In this document: positions 39,505 through 49,278 of the stretch, in pieces | Layout: each line of letters starts with the position of its first letter | Numbering within the stretch: the first letter of the stretch is position 1 | Assembly (NCBI GenBank): GCA_963847095.1 | Contig: CAWJYS010000021.1 | Span: 123,590 to 187,589 of the forward strand | Length of the DNA stretch: 64,000 nt | Direction of reading: 5' to 3' | DNA from: Methanotrichaceae archaeon | Lineage (GTDB): Archaea > Halobacteriota > Methanosarcinia > Methanotrichales > Methanotrichaceae | Position numbers and translations under genes: made by a program | Notes under the pieces: model-generated | What the model saw: the letters and a program-made list of their open reading frames with translations, nothing else | Databases searched by the model: none | What the model was told of the DNA's origin: nothing

Positions 39505-40206
39505 ATGAGTAGAGAAGATGATGGAATCCTCGATCGGCTCGAATCGAAAGAGTCTGATGTTTTTCTTAGAGGCGCTGCCGCGGATGTTGTTTTCCAATGT
39601 GCAAGGTGCGGTCAATGCTGTCAAGGCGAAGGATATACAATTGTCGATGACCAGGACATCAATAGAATAGCGGATGGAATGGGATTAATACCCGAAAATA
39701 TACGCGAGGCATTCACAATTTCGGACCCTGAGAACAGGCCGGGGATGAGGATAATCAAGATGATCGGCCCCAACAATTTGTGTGCTTTCTACGATGCTGA
39801 AAATAAACGCTGCACTATCTATGAGTCCAGACCTACTATTTGTAAAACACACCCAATGATGAATGTCCTTCAAGGATACGGGTTAATGCTCTATACTCAT
39901 TGTCTCGGCGCATCGAACCTGGTAAATACACTTCGTGAGGAGAAGGATAACCCCAGCGTAAAGAAGTATCTTGAGCGTCTCAAGAGGAAGAAAAGGGTTC
40001 TTAAGAGACTCAAAATAAAGCTCTTGATCCACATTCTCCAGCGGCAGGGATCTAAGGAGAAATCAGAGGAAGTTGCACGGCGTTATGGAATTAGGCTTCC
40101 GCTTGATATGAACGATTTCAGAAAGGCGTGTCTGGCATACTTATTGCTCTCTATTGATTTAAACGATCTTGATGGATATAAATATGAAGGGATACAAATA
40201 CAATGA
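39505..40206 (+). CDS. YkgJ-family Zn/Fe-S-binding protein (CxxCxxCC)
   Basis: CARCGQCCQ and CKTHP motifs. Confidence 0.55.
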   Translation: MSREDDGILDRLESKESDVFLRGAAADVVFQCARCGQCCQGEGYTIVDDQDINRIADGMGLIPENIREAFTISDPENRPGMRIIKMIGPNNLCAFYDAENKRCTIYESRPTICKTHPMMNVLQGYGLMLYTHCLGASNLVNTLREEKDNPSVKKYLERLKRKKRVLKRLKIKLLIHILQRQGSKEKSEEVARRYGIRLPLDMNDFRKACLAYLLLSIDLNDLDGYKYEGIQIQ

Positions 40207-40254
40207 GTTCATTGATCATGAAAATGAACTTGTCCGGCCAGATTTCATAAATTT

Positions 40255-41061
40255 TTGAGGTTAATTATGAAAGGTGATAGCTGGAAAATAAGACTCTTCA
40301 ATTGGTCCGATGTTCTTGAATCATATTTAATTACTTCTATCGAAACTGTTTTCCAAGGCTTCTGGTTGGGCCTTTTAGAACGAAAAGATTTTAATATTAT
40401 TACTCAAAAGTATTTCTCATCAACAGGAATGTACCAGGAGGAAGTGCACAATCTATCGGGCTTTTGGGATTGGGAGGAAAAGATTGTAAACAATTTTTTT
40501 AAAGATTGTCAAACAATTTTGGTAGGGGCGGCAGGAGGAGGAAGAGAAATTATAGCCTTATCAAAACGAGGAATGAATGTGGAAGCATTTGAATGCAATA
40601 ATAATCTGGTGCTATATTGCTCGCACTTATTAGAAAAATATGATATTTTGGCAAAGATAGTTCTTTCAGCTCCTGACCATGTTCCTAATGATTTGGGAAT
40701 CTATGACGGACTCATAATAGGTTGGGCGGGATATATGCATATCGTTGGCTACGAAAATCGAGTTCGATTTTTGAAAGAGTGTCATGAACACGTCAAGCCG
40801 AATAGTCCGATATTTCTCTCATTTTGGACAAGGAACGAGTTCTATGTATTTGATTTTTATAGCTCAAGGATAGCAAAGTTCATCCGTTTTCTTCGCAGGA
40901 ATGATGAGCCCATAGAAATTGGAGATACGATAGATTCACCCGGTTACTATCATAGGTTTACAAAAGACGAGATCGAAAAAGAGCTAAAAGAAGCGGGATT
41001 CCTTTTAGTGTTCTATTCTGAATCGGGTGTACCCCATGCTGTAGGAAAAGCATTTGATTAA
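40255..41061 (+). CDS. Class I SAM-dependent methyltransferase-like protein
   Basis: ILVGAAGGGREIIAL glycine-rich motif I. Confidence 0.5.
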   Translation: MRLIMKGDSWKIRLFNWSDVLESYLITSIETVFQGFWLGLLERKDFNIITQKYFSSTGMYQEEVHNLSGFWDWEEKIVNNFFKDCQTILVGAAGGGREIIALSKRGMNVEAFECNNNLVLYCSHLLEKYDILAKIVLSAPDHVPNDLGIYDGLIIGWAGYMHIVGYENRVRFLKECHEHVKPNSPIFLSFWTRNEFYVFDFYSSRIAKFIRFLRRNDEPIEIGDTIDSPGYYHRFTKDEIEKELKEAGFLLVFYSESGVPHAVGKAFD

Positions 41062-41159
41062 AATTGCATGCGGTTAAGTTGGTCGTGGAAAGCATTTTAT
41101 CTTCTAAGCTGTCGATTCTTGCGATTTCTTTCAGTAGCCCCCATTCACAACCAGAATTG

Positions 41160-41290
41160 GCCGAATTTGCTTTTGCAGAATATCCAAAAGTATCTCCCCA
41201 GCCGAGCCTCATCCCTGGAAACAGACCCGAAGATGGCCCTGATGGTCCCAATCCATCTGACAGCGGCAGTGAATCGATCTATGGCTATAA
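41160..41290 (-). pseudogene. Remnant of a minimal-nucleotidyltransferase (MNT) gene N-terminus
   Basis: The minus frame reads ...AIFGSVSRDEARLGRYF... against AVFGSVARDEARPDSDVDIL of the intact MNT at 42234-42620. 30 nt of DNA identity. Confidence 0.4.
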
Positions 41291-41439
41291 TCCGAATCCG
41301 GTGGAGAAAATCGCTTCAAGGAGTAGTCTGTAGAAGTTCGAGGATATCTAACGACGTCTGAAGTCGATTTGGGAAGGTGCGCCGACCCCTTCTAAATTAC
41401 TTTGGGATTGCTCTTCTAGTGGAAGACTCGAACAGCATG

Positions 41440-41545
41440 CTTCCGCGTGCGGGCATGCGGGAGCGTGGCCGCTCGGGCGGGCCCGCCCGGCGCCGGAAGG
41501 CCGGATCTCCCGAGCGGAGCTCGCCTCCCCTGCTCTGCTCACCGC
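41440..41545. other. GC-rich palindromic tract (16-bp perfect palindrome CGGGCGGGCCCGCCCG nested in a longer stem)
   Basis: gccgctcggg...cccgagcgg stem enclosing cgggcgggcccgcccg and ccggaaggccgg. Above 75% GC in an AT-moderate intergenic region. Confidence 0.5.
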
Positions 41546-41677
41546 TGCAAAAAGACGAAGGACCAAGATAGGGAAGATCAAGCCGGATGGTCGTGCCTTA
41601 GGGAAGAGAGGGCGAGGCGTAAGGGAAGATTTCTTTTTAGAGAATATCGGGTACCATTTTAACAGGGTAATCACTGC

Positions 41678-41953
41678 TTACTTTCTCTTGTATATCTCAT
41701 CATGGTGTCTGAGATCGAGCAACTTCACCGTCATATTCTCCTCATCCACTTCGAAAACCAATACAAAGGACTTCTCCAGGTGAACCCTTCTCAGCCCCTT
41801 CAAATCGTATCTTAAAGGCTTAAAGTGCTTGGGGTTATCTAAAATCTCCTCTGTTTTATTCAGCACTGCATCGTAAAGAGACCTGTTCTTCTTGAATAGC
41901 TTCTTCAAATGAGCCTTCAGATCCTCATCGATCAGCAGCCTGTAGCGCGGCAT
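41678..41953 (-). CDS. RelE/ParE-family type II toxin
   Basis: KPLRYDLKGLRRVHLEKSFVLVFEVDEE pattern. Confidence 0.7.
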   Translation of the reverse strand: MPRYRLLIDEDLKAHLKKLFKKNRSLYDAVLNKTEEILDNPKHFKPLRYDLKGLRRVHLEKSFVLVFEVDEENMTVKLLDLRHHDEIYKRK

Positions 41954-41955
41954 CT

Positions 41956-42201
41956 TCAGCTTTCCTCTAATGATCTCTTCAGGCTTTCTAGATCCGAGAA
42001 CTCCTCGAACTTGCCCTCCTGACGAACCTTCTGCAGCTTTTCAACGTATTCATCCTTGACCGTATAAACTGCGTCAGTATAGATATCAATGAGAGTCTCA
42101 AGCATGTCCTCCATCCTATCGACCTTTTCCCTCAGAACCTTCAGATCATTTTGAATGGAGCTTATAGCTGTATTTTCCGCCTCAATCATATCCAAAACCA
42201 C
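41956..42201 (-). CDS. Putative cognate antitoxin (coiled-coil, 81 aa)
   Basis: Immediately upstream of and co-oriented with RelE. Confidence 0.45.
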   Translation of the reverse strand: MVLDMIEAENTAISSIQNDLKVLREKVDRMEDMLETLIDIYTDAVYTVKDEYVEKLQKVRQEGKFEEFSDLESLKRSLEES

Positions 42202-42233
42202 TCCTACTTATTGGGGTTGAATATTAAAGCTTG

Positions 42234-42620
42234 TCATTTATTTGGAGCTTTTTTGAGCCGATGTCTTCCTTGACATATTGGGTCTTGTTCATTAAGAAAT
42301 CTCGCAGTTCTGCTCCGATTTACTCCTGCAAATCCCTGGACATAGAGGGCCTCACTCTCGATCTGTGTCTTGAGCCTGGGCCGGATGGACTTGCGGGTGA
42401 CCAGATCTACAGGACGGCCCAGCAGATCCTCAAGGAAGAATTCGAGATCCATGTACCCGTTGAAGGTGGCTGAACCCTGGAACTCAACCAGGATGTCTAC
42501 ATCGCTATCCGGACGGGCCTCATCCCTGGCAACAGACCCGAAGACTGCCAGAGTTTTCACCCCCATTCGGGTCAGCTCATCTCGATGGACGGCTAGCGTC
42601 TGCAGGATCTCTGATCTCAT
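42234..42620 (-). CDS. Minimal nucleotidyltransferase (MNT) of a HEPN/MNT-type module, with an atypical roughly 30-aa C-terminal extension
   Basis: LAVFGSVARDEARPDSDVDILVEF (GS...DxD) NTase motif. Confidence 0.7.
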   Translation of the reverse strand: MRSEILQTLAVHRDELTRMGVKTLAVFGSVARDEARPDSDVDILVEFQGSATFNGYMDLEFFLEDLLGRPVDLVTRKSIRPRLKTQIESEALYVQGFAGVNRSRTARFLNEQDPICQGRHRLKKAPNK

Positions 42621-42764
42621 CTTGATCCTCTCAAAGATTACTATGGAGATCTTTGATATAAAGGGGTTTTGAAATTCGGAAATGACAAAACATAATAATT
42701 GAGGTAAAAAATATATCCTCAGGTAAAGCTAAATAGGCTTGAACGTCCTTCATTCGAAATTACT

Positions 42765-43787
42765 ATGTACCAAAGTCAAATCCGAGATAGTCAAATAACT
42801 GCTCTAAAGGAAAAGGTAGAAAAGAAAAATTATGGAAAATATTTATATAAAATTAAGTTATTGCGTGTGCGGAATTTTGAAGATCAAGACGTTATCTTTG
42901 AATTCCCAGTAACCGCTCTGATTGGCCCAAATGGCGGTGGGAAAACCACAATCTTGGGTGCAGCTGCTTGTGCTTATAAGGAAATATATCCTAGGCAATT
43001 CTTCGTTAGAAGCGGCAATATCGATGACGGCATGCAAAATTGGAAAATTGAGTACGAGCTTGTTGATAAAGGAATTAATCCTAAGAATAATATCAAAAAA
43101 ACCGCTAGCTTTCATAGTTCTAAGTGGAGTCGTGAGACACTAAGTCGCAGCGTAGCAGTGTTAGGAGTTTCTAGAACGGTTCCAGCAACAGAGAGGCGGG
43201 AACTTAGAAAATACGCTTCAAATGCTTTTACTGTTGATGTTTCAAAGATAACTGAAATAGGAGATGCAATTTCATCTGCCGTAGAAAAGATATTAGGAAA
43301 AGACATCACTGGATATACACATATAATAGTAGATCAACATGGGCGTGTATCGCTATTAGCGGGTGTGACCAACAAAGGTACTCATTATTCTGAATTTCAC
43401 TTTGGAGCGGGAGAATCCAGTATAATACGTATGGTCATGAAAATTGAGTCAATGCCCGATAATTCTTTGATTTTAATAGAAGAAATAGAGAATGGCTTAC
43501 ATCCGGTTGCAACCGTTAGCATGGTAGAATATTTGATAGATGTAGCCGAAAGGAAAAAGATACAAGTTATTTTTACAACTCATTCTGAAGAAGCATTAAA
43601 ACCGCTTCCGTTTCAAGCCGTTTGGGCGGCTATTGACGGAAAGGTAGTGCAAGGAAAGCTGGATATCAGCGCGTTACGTTCTATTAGTGGAGAAATCGAC
43701 GCCAGGCTTGTAATTTTCACTGAAGATCGTTTCCTCAAAAAATTGGGTAGAATCCATGATTCGCGCCTATGGTGGTATTGCCGTTGA
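42765..43787 (+). CDS. ABC-type (AAA_21/AAA_15-like) ATPase, defence-system-like
   Basis: Walker A GPNGGGKTT, signature-like FGAGESS, Walker B LILIEEIENGLHP, H-loop TTHS. AT-rich. Confidence 0.8.
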   Translation: MYQSQIRDSQITALKEKVEKKNYGKYLYKIKLLRVRNFEDQDVIFEFPVTALIGPNGGGKTTILGAAACAYKEIYPRQFFVRSGNIDDGMQNWKIEYELVDKGINPKNNIKKTASFHSSKWSRETLSRSVAVLGVSRTVPATERRELRKYASNAFTVDVSKITEIGDAISSAVEKILGKDITGYTHIIVDQHGRVSLLAGVTNKGTHYSEFHFGAGESSIIRMVMKIESMPDNSLILIEEIENGLHPVATVSMVEYLIDVAERKKIQVIFTTHSEEALKPLPFQAVWAAIDGKVVQGKLDISALRSISGEIDARLVIFTEDRFLKKLGRIHDSRLWWYCR

Positions 43788-43901
43788 TCTAGTAAATGTG
43801 CACGCGATGGAAGGTGATGGTACCGCAGTCAAAGTTAATTTGTATCACAATATCGATCCAAGTGCTAAGGTACTTCTATCTGTTATATTGATGGTGATTC
43901 T

Positions 43902-44270
43902 ATGCAAGAAGAATCTACTAAACATAGGGTATTCCGTCTGCCTGGAGCAATACCAGAGTCTTTCATTTATAGCGAAGTAGTGGATGTTCTATCTGATAAT
44001 TCTGGCATACTTGCAGTTTCTTTGCATAAAAAATATGAAGATGCAGAAAGAGTAAGCACCCTTATCCGAGAAATCAAAATTACTAACAGAGATCCTCATC
44101 TTCTGTATTCACAAGTCGGTAGAGCATTAGGACTTATTCCACCGGAAATTATTATCGGAGGATTCTTAAATGTGTGGTGCACAGCATATCCTGAAAAAGT
44201 AAAGATTCTACTTGGACCGATAATAGATTTATTGCCCAAAGAAGAAACTCAAAGAGAATTGCATGAATGA
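43902..44270 (+). CDS. Hypothetical 122-aa protein, putative partner of the ATPase
   Basis: Co-oriented and 115 nt downstream. No recognisable domain. Confidence 0.4.
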   Translation: MQEESTKHRVFRLPGAIPESFIYSEVVDVLSDNSGILAVSLHKKYEDAERVSTLIREIKITNRDPHLLYSQVGRALGLIPPEIIIGGFLNVWCTAYPEKVKILLGPIIDLLPKEETQRELHE

Positions 44271-44286
44271 TTCAACTCAGAAATAG

Positions 44287-44520
44287 AGAAGTAACCTGGG
44301 GGCAATAGAGCTGCTTATTGATGAACTGGCGGCAAGAGAGGTGGCCTTGCAGCAGGGAGTTCCAATCATCGGGTTTCCCGGCATCTTAATCCGTGCCTGT
44401 CAGCAGGGCATGATGGAGCCGGAAGATGTGAAAAGCGCCTTGGAGGAGTGCCGGAGGCAGGGAACCCATTATTCTCCCAGGCTAATAAATGAGGTATATA
44501 ACAGATTGAAGAGGCCCTGA
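44287..44520 (+). pseudogene. C-terminal remnant of a DUF3368-family (PIN-like toxin) gene, lacking a start
   Basis: ...IGFPGILIRACQQGMMEPEDVKSALEECRRQG... resembles DUF3368 C-termini. The open frame begins directly after a stop. Confidence 0.35.
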
Positions 44521-44521
44521 A

Positions 44522-44789
44522 ATGAAAAAGAAACACGCACCACACGAGCCCAAGGAAGAGGTACTTTCTGCAGCTGATGCCTTTAAGGACGCAGAGCAGT
44601 CTGAAGCCCGCTGGCAGACCTTTGAAAGAGATCAGAAGCTACAGTCGGGTGCTGGTCGAGCTGCCTGAGCCGGCCTTTTCCAAACTGGAGAAGCTAGCCA
44701 GGGCGCGCAGGAGGACCGTCGCCAATCTTGTGGAAGAGGTTATCATCGGCCTGGTGGATGCTCTTACTCCTTCGGAAGAAGAGGCTTAA
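44522..44789 (+). pseudogene. RHH (CopG-like) antitoxin-like gene, apparently frameshifted
   Basis: The start Met frame (MKKKHAPHEPKEEVL...) ends at 44668. The RHH-like part (RVLVELPEPAFSKLEKLARARRRTVANLVEEVI) continues in another frame with no start. Confidence 0.35.
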
Positions 44790-45155
44790 AGAACAGATAG
44801 AAACAAGGTGAATGTAGTCCGATGCCCACTATAAAGTTTGACGATCAGGGCAGAATTCTGCTCCCGGCCGGTATGATCTCCATGGCGTCGGCAAAGGCAT
44901 CGATGGCCAGCAGCTCCCCGCCTCCCCGGCGGATGCATACGCCCGAAGCCTCATGGTCAGCTCTACCTCTAGAGCGCCGCCTCCCCAGAAGCCTGCCGCT
45001 TAAATTACTCTACTTTCCAACTTCTGTCATTTGACTTCAGCCTTGGCAGTATGTACTAAATCGAAGACGATCTATAATCCTCATAAAACTATGTCAGGTG
45101 CATAAGACTTTGCCTATCTCGATTATCAATTTTCGCAGATGATCAGCGTGGATCA

Positions 45156-45260
45156 GAGCAACCTTCTAATACAATTAATCCTCGCCTTAAACACACATGC
45201 TTACCTTTCACGCCTCATGTAAAGGATTAGAGTAACCTTCTAATACAATTAATCCTCACC
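45156..45260. promoter_or_regulatory. Two 32-bp direct repeats upstream of fdhA
   Basis: agagcaaccttctaatacaattaatcctcgcc at 45156-45187 and agagtaaccttctaatacaattaatcctcacc at 45229-45260. Confidence 0.5.
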
Positions 45261-45261
45261 A

Positions 45262-48033
45262 TTGGCCGGCGCGGTTGGGAACATGTTTGAAATCAGACTG
45301 ATCATCGATGATCGAGAGGTAACGGTCCCCGAGGGGACGACCATTCTCGATGCAGCCCGCAAAGCGGGCTCTTATGTGCCGGCACTTTGCCATCACCCGG
45401 ACTTGAAGCCCATAGGCTCCTGCAAGCTGTGCATCGTCTCTGTAAAGGGCCTTGATTACTATCCTACATCCTGCAATACTCTGGCGGAGAATGGAATGGT
45501 GGTACAGACCCGGACAGAAGAGCTGCAGGAGATGAGAAGACACACCCTGGAGATGCTCTTGGCTCTCACCAATCATCCCACCTCCTGCCTTTTTTGCGAG
45601 AGGAGGAACGAATGCACCGACCTGCGCGAGTGCATGAGGAAATTTCCGGTGACCGTGGGCTGCAAGTACTGCCCCAAGGATGGGGAGTGCGAGCTGCAGG
45701 AGGCGGTGCAGTTCGTCGGCCTGGAAAACATCAGATATCAGCTCTCTTTTAGGAATATGCCGGTTTTAAGAGAGCCCTTCTTCGATCGCAATTACAACCT
45801 CTGCATCATGTGCAGCCGCTGCGTGCGAACCTGTCAGGAGGTGCGCGGGGTGGGTGTGCTGTCCAGCAATCCCGATTTTCACCGCATGCACTGGATAGGC
45901 CCCGAGTCTCTGCAGGACTCAGACTGCAAGTTCTGCGGCGCATGTGTGGATGTCTGCCCCACCGGTGCCCTCTACGCCCGGTCTGAGAAATGGGTGCGGC
46001 CAGAGAAGACGGTCGTCACCGTCTGCCCCTACTGTGGCGTTGGCTGCCGATTAGAGCTTAGAGTCAAAGAAGACAGAATTATCTCTACCGCTCCTGACAA
46101 AGAAAGCCCGGTAAATCGGGGGCAGGCATGCATTAAAGGCCGTTTTGGACTGGAAGAGATTGTCCATCATCCCGACCGTTTGACCACTCCCCTGATAAGA
46201 CGCAACGGCAGACTTGAGGAGGCCAGCTGGGAAGAAGCACTCGACCTGGTCGCCAAGAGGTTCACTGAGATTAAAAATAAATACGGTCCTGATTCACTGG
46301 GAGCATTATCCTCTTCCAGGTGCACCAATGAGGAGAACTACCTGGTGCAGAAACTTGCACGGGCAGTGTTTCACACCAACAATGTGGACAACTGCGCGCG
46401 AGTCTGCCATGCCCCATCGGTCACAGGGCTTGCCGCCTGCTTCGGGAGCGGAGCAGCTACCAATTCCTTTGACCAAATTGTTGACGCCGATGTCCTGTTC
46501 GTTATCGGTTCCAATACTACCGAGGCTCATCCGATCGTCAGTCTGAAGATGATCAAGGCAGCTCACAAGGGCGCAAAGATCATCGTGGCTGACCCCCGTA
46601 AGATCGAGCTGGTCGACCTGGCAACAGTATGGCTCAACCTAAAGCCGGGAACTAATATCGCCCTGCTGAATGGAATGATGAATGTCATCCTCAGGGAAGG
46701 GCTGGAAGATAGGGACTTTATTGCCAGGCGTACTGAGGGCTTCGAGGAATTGCGGAAGGTGGTTGAGGAATATCCGCCAGAACGGGCTGCCAAAATAACC
46801 GGAGTTGCGGAGGAAGATATCATTGAGGCAGCCCGACTCTATGCTGAGGCAAAAAAGGCAATGATCATCTATAGCCTGGGAATAACCGAGCATATTACTG
46901 GAACCGCCAATGTAATGTCCTTAGGCAACCTGGCAATGCTTACGGGCAATGTGGGACGCCGGTCGACCGGGGTAATGCCTCTCCGCGGGCAAAATAACGT
47001 GCAGGGGGCCTGCGATATGGGGGCTCTTCCCAATGCTTACGTTGGTTATCAGCCGGTAGCGGACCCGAATATACAGTCCAAATTCGAACAAGCCTGGAAG
47101 GTCAAATTGCCCGCAACTCCTGGTCAGACCTCCACTCAAATGTTAGAGCGTGTTACAGAAGGGGGAATCAGGGGGCTTTATATCCTGGGGGAAGATCCTG
47201 CCCAGACCGACCCTGATACCAATCGGGTCCGTGCTTCACTCAAAGCCCTGGACTTCCTCGTTGTCCAGGAGATATTCCCTACTGAGACGACCAATTATGC
47301 CGACGTTATCCTGCCTGCTGCCAGCTTTGCGGAGTGTGACGGAACCTTTACCAATGGCGAGCGGCGCATTCAACGGGTGCATAAAGCGATACCTGCAATT
47401 TGTGGTCTGGAGAACTGGCAAACAATCTGCCTTATTGCCCAAAAGATGGGCTATCCGATGAACTACAGTCACCCTTCGGAGATTATGGATGAAATTGCCT
47501 CTCTTGCACCGATGTTTGCCGGAATAAGTTTCGCGCGGCTGGGTACCGGGGGGCTGCAGTGGCCCTGTCCGTCTATTGAACATCCGGGCACAGAGACGTT
47601 GCATGTTGAGAAATTCAGCCGGGGCCTCGGAAAATTTAACGCCGTGGAGCACAAATTCCCTACCGAGCAGACTGATCCTGATTATCCTTTGATTCTTACC
47701 ACCGGTAGGAGGAGAGAGCATTACAACTGCGGCTCCATGACCCGGCGCTCCAGTGGAATCATGTAGATATGGCCGGAGGAAGCAATAGAAATAAGCCCTG
47801 CGGATGCAAAAGAGCTTGGGGTTGAGGACGGGGAGATGGTTCTAGTCAGTTCCAGGCGAGGCGTTGTTAGGACAAAAGCAAGAGTTACCGATAAGTCACT
47901 ACGCGGCGTAGCCTTTATGTCCTTCCACTACCAGGATGTTCTTACTAACCTTCTTACCAACGCTGCCCTGGATCCTCAGGCAAAGACGCCGGAGTATAAG
48001 GCATGCGCCATACGCATAGAGAAAATCACTTGA
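45262..48033 (+). pseudogene. fdhA: Formate dehydrogenase alpha subunit (NuoG-like 2Fe-2S and 4Fe-4S N-terminus plus molybdopterin domain; Cys, not Sec, at the active site), interrupted by one in-frame TAG at 47764-47766
   Basis: 2Fe-2S CHHPDLKPIGSCKLC, ferredoxin CxxCxxCxxxCP twice, MopB VCPYCGVGC, active-site CARVCHAPS, and a C-terminal TGRRREHYNCGSMTRRS...VSSRRG...AFMSFHY. Both ORFs (45262-47766 and 47836-48033) are in the same frame, with 23 sense codons between them. Confidence 0.8.
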
Positions 48034-48667
48034 TGAAAGACTAAAGTGACTCTACTCTCCAACTTTCACAATGCTCAGAAGAAAAGAAACCTCGGGGAGA
48101 TGGCTGGACGGATCAGAGCTGAAGCCATCCTCGGCTTAATAGTAGAGGTTCTGGTACTCTTAAATCTGCCAATTCCCGATGAGAGGGGACTTGTTGAAAT
48201 GGTGAAAGCGATGGGACTAAAACTTGGAAAGTAGAGTAAATTACATAGCGCAAAATCATCATAGCTCAGTCCGTTTCGGGCATTCGCCATCTTATGCCAC
48301 ATGTTGCCTGGAAATGGCAACCAGCGGCCTTGGCAACATGTGCCGGAGCTCGTGCAACCCCCTCGTCTACGGTAGTGCCTTATACATAAAGAGATGAGTA
48401 TGTCAGAGGTTAAAATGGTAGAATGTGTTTTTTGCGGCAGCTTGAGTGCTGCGGGACGGTTTGTTGTCCCAGGTAGCTGGATATGTAGTTCGTGTGTAAC
48501 TCTTCTTGAAGAGCCATTAAATTGGGACTCGGTGGGTTGCCGAGCTTAGTGCGTCGCTCTGAAAAATAGTCATACACCCCCGTGTAGGGGGGTCATAATG
48601 ACCCAATGACCCTCACCCTCTCGCAAATACTATCAACATTATGATTATGCAAACGCTATAGCTCCAT

Positions 48668-49006
48668 ATGACAATGTCAACAATAATTGGGCGCGACGGT
48701 CGGCTGCTATGGGACAATTTTCCAGTGGCCTTAAAATATTGGATGATAGAGTGGGACAAACCGGATGGCGGAAAAGAGAGATGGCATGGTAAGGCGATTA
48801 TTTCGCAGACAGACCTTCGTGCTATGATGGAAGAGCGCGCAAAATCCGGCCCCATTCCTGTGAACGAGCCCATTTTCGGAGAGTTTCATAAAGGTAAAAA
48901 GGTCTACAGCGGACAGTTCCTTATTTCCTCATTTCCAGATCCTATTGACTCTAATCCAGTAGTTGATTTCACAGGCACTGGCGAGCTGAAGCTGAAGGAG
49001 CATTGA
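48668..49006 (+). CDS. Hypothetical protein (112 aa)
   Basis: ORF. A remnant of its 3' end recurs at 56627-56703. Confidence 0.4.
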   Translation: MTMSTIIGRDGRLLWDNFPVALKYWMIEWDKPDGGKERWHGKAIISQTDLRAMMEERAKSGPIPVNEPIFGEFHKGKKVYSGQFLISSFPDPIDSNPVVDFTGTGELKLKEH

Positions 49007-49278
49007 ACCCCCAGATCCGAGCCGGTTTTATTTTTTATCCAAAGGTGGTAGGATCTATACCCGTGTCGGTTGGGGACATTATGCGTTAATCCCGCATGAG
49101 AGTCTTATAGGCCGAAAGCAAGAGTGGCAAGTCATTCAGCATTCAGGTATCACCTTTAGAGAAATCTATGAACCTGCCCATCAAGACAGTACCCAAGCCA
49201 GTGGCTGCTTTTCAGATAGATATTAATGGTATAAAGAAAACAAGTAATTAAATTTCAAAAGGATTTAGGTGACGAATA

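Noticed and set aside
41064-41674. Four overlapping ORFs (89-108 aa) in the GC-rich intergenic tract
   Set aside because: They are Arg/Pro/Gly-rich artefacts of the above-75% GC palindromic region and overlap in three frames. The only coding-like signal is the MNT remnant, which is reported separately.
43756-43980. 74-aa ORF overlapping both the ATPase 3' end and the downstream 122-aa gene as an independent gene
   Set aside because: It overlaps both neighbours heavily in a third frame. It is kept only as a caveat that the partner gene may be frameshifted.
46430-46450. Selenocysteine (TGA) in the FdhA active site
   Set aside because: The active-site position reads CARVCHAPS with a Cys codon. 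There is no in-frame TGA.
47764-47766. Pyrrolysine (amber) decoding as the explanation for the in-frame TAG in fdhA
   Set aside because: TAG is used as a normal terminator by several well-defined genes in this window (the EEP gene at 2906-2908, the Ere-like gene at 4685-4687, and the flavodoxin). A Pyl-recoded genome with rare TAG is therefore unlikely, and no pyl genes are visible here.
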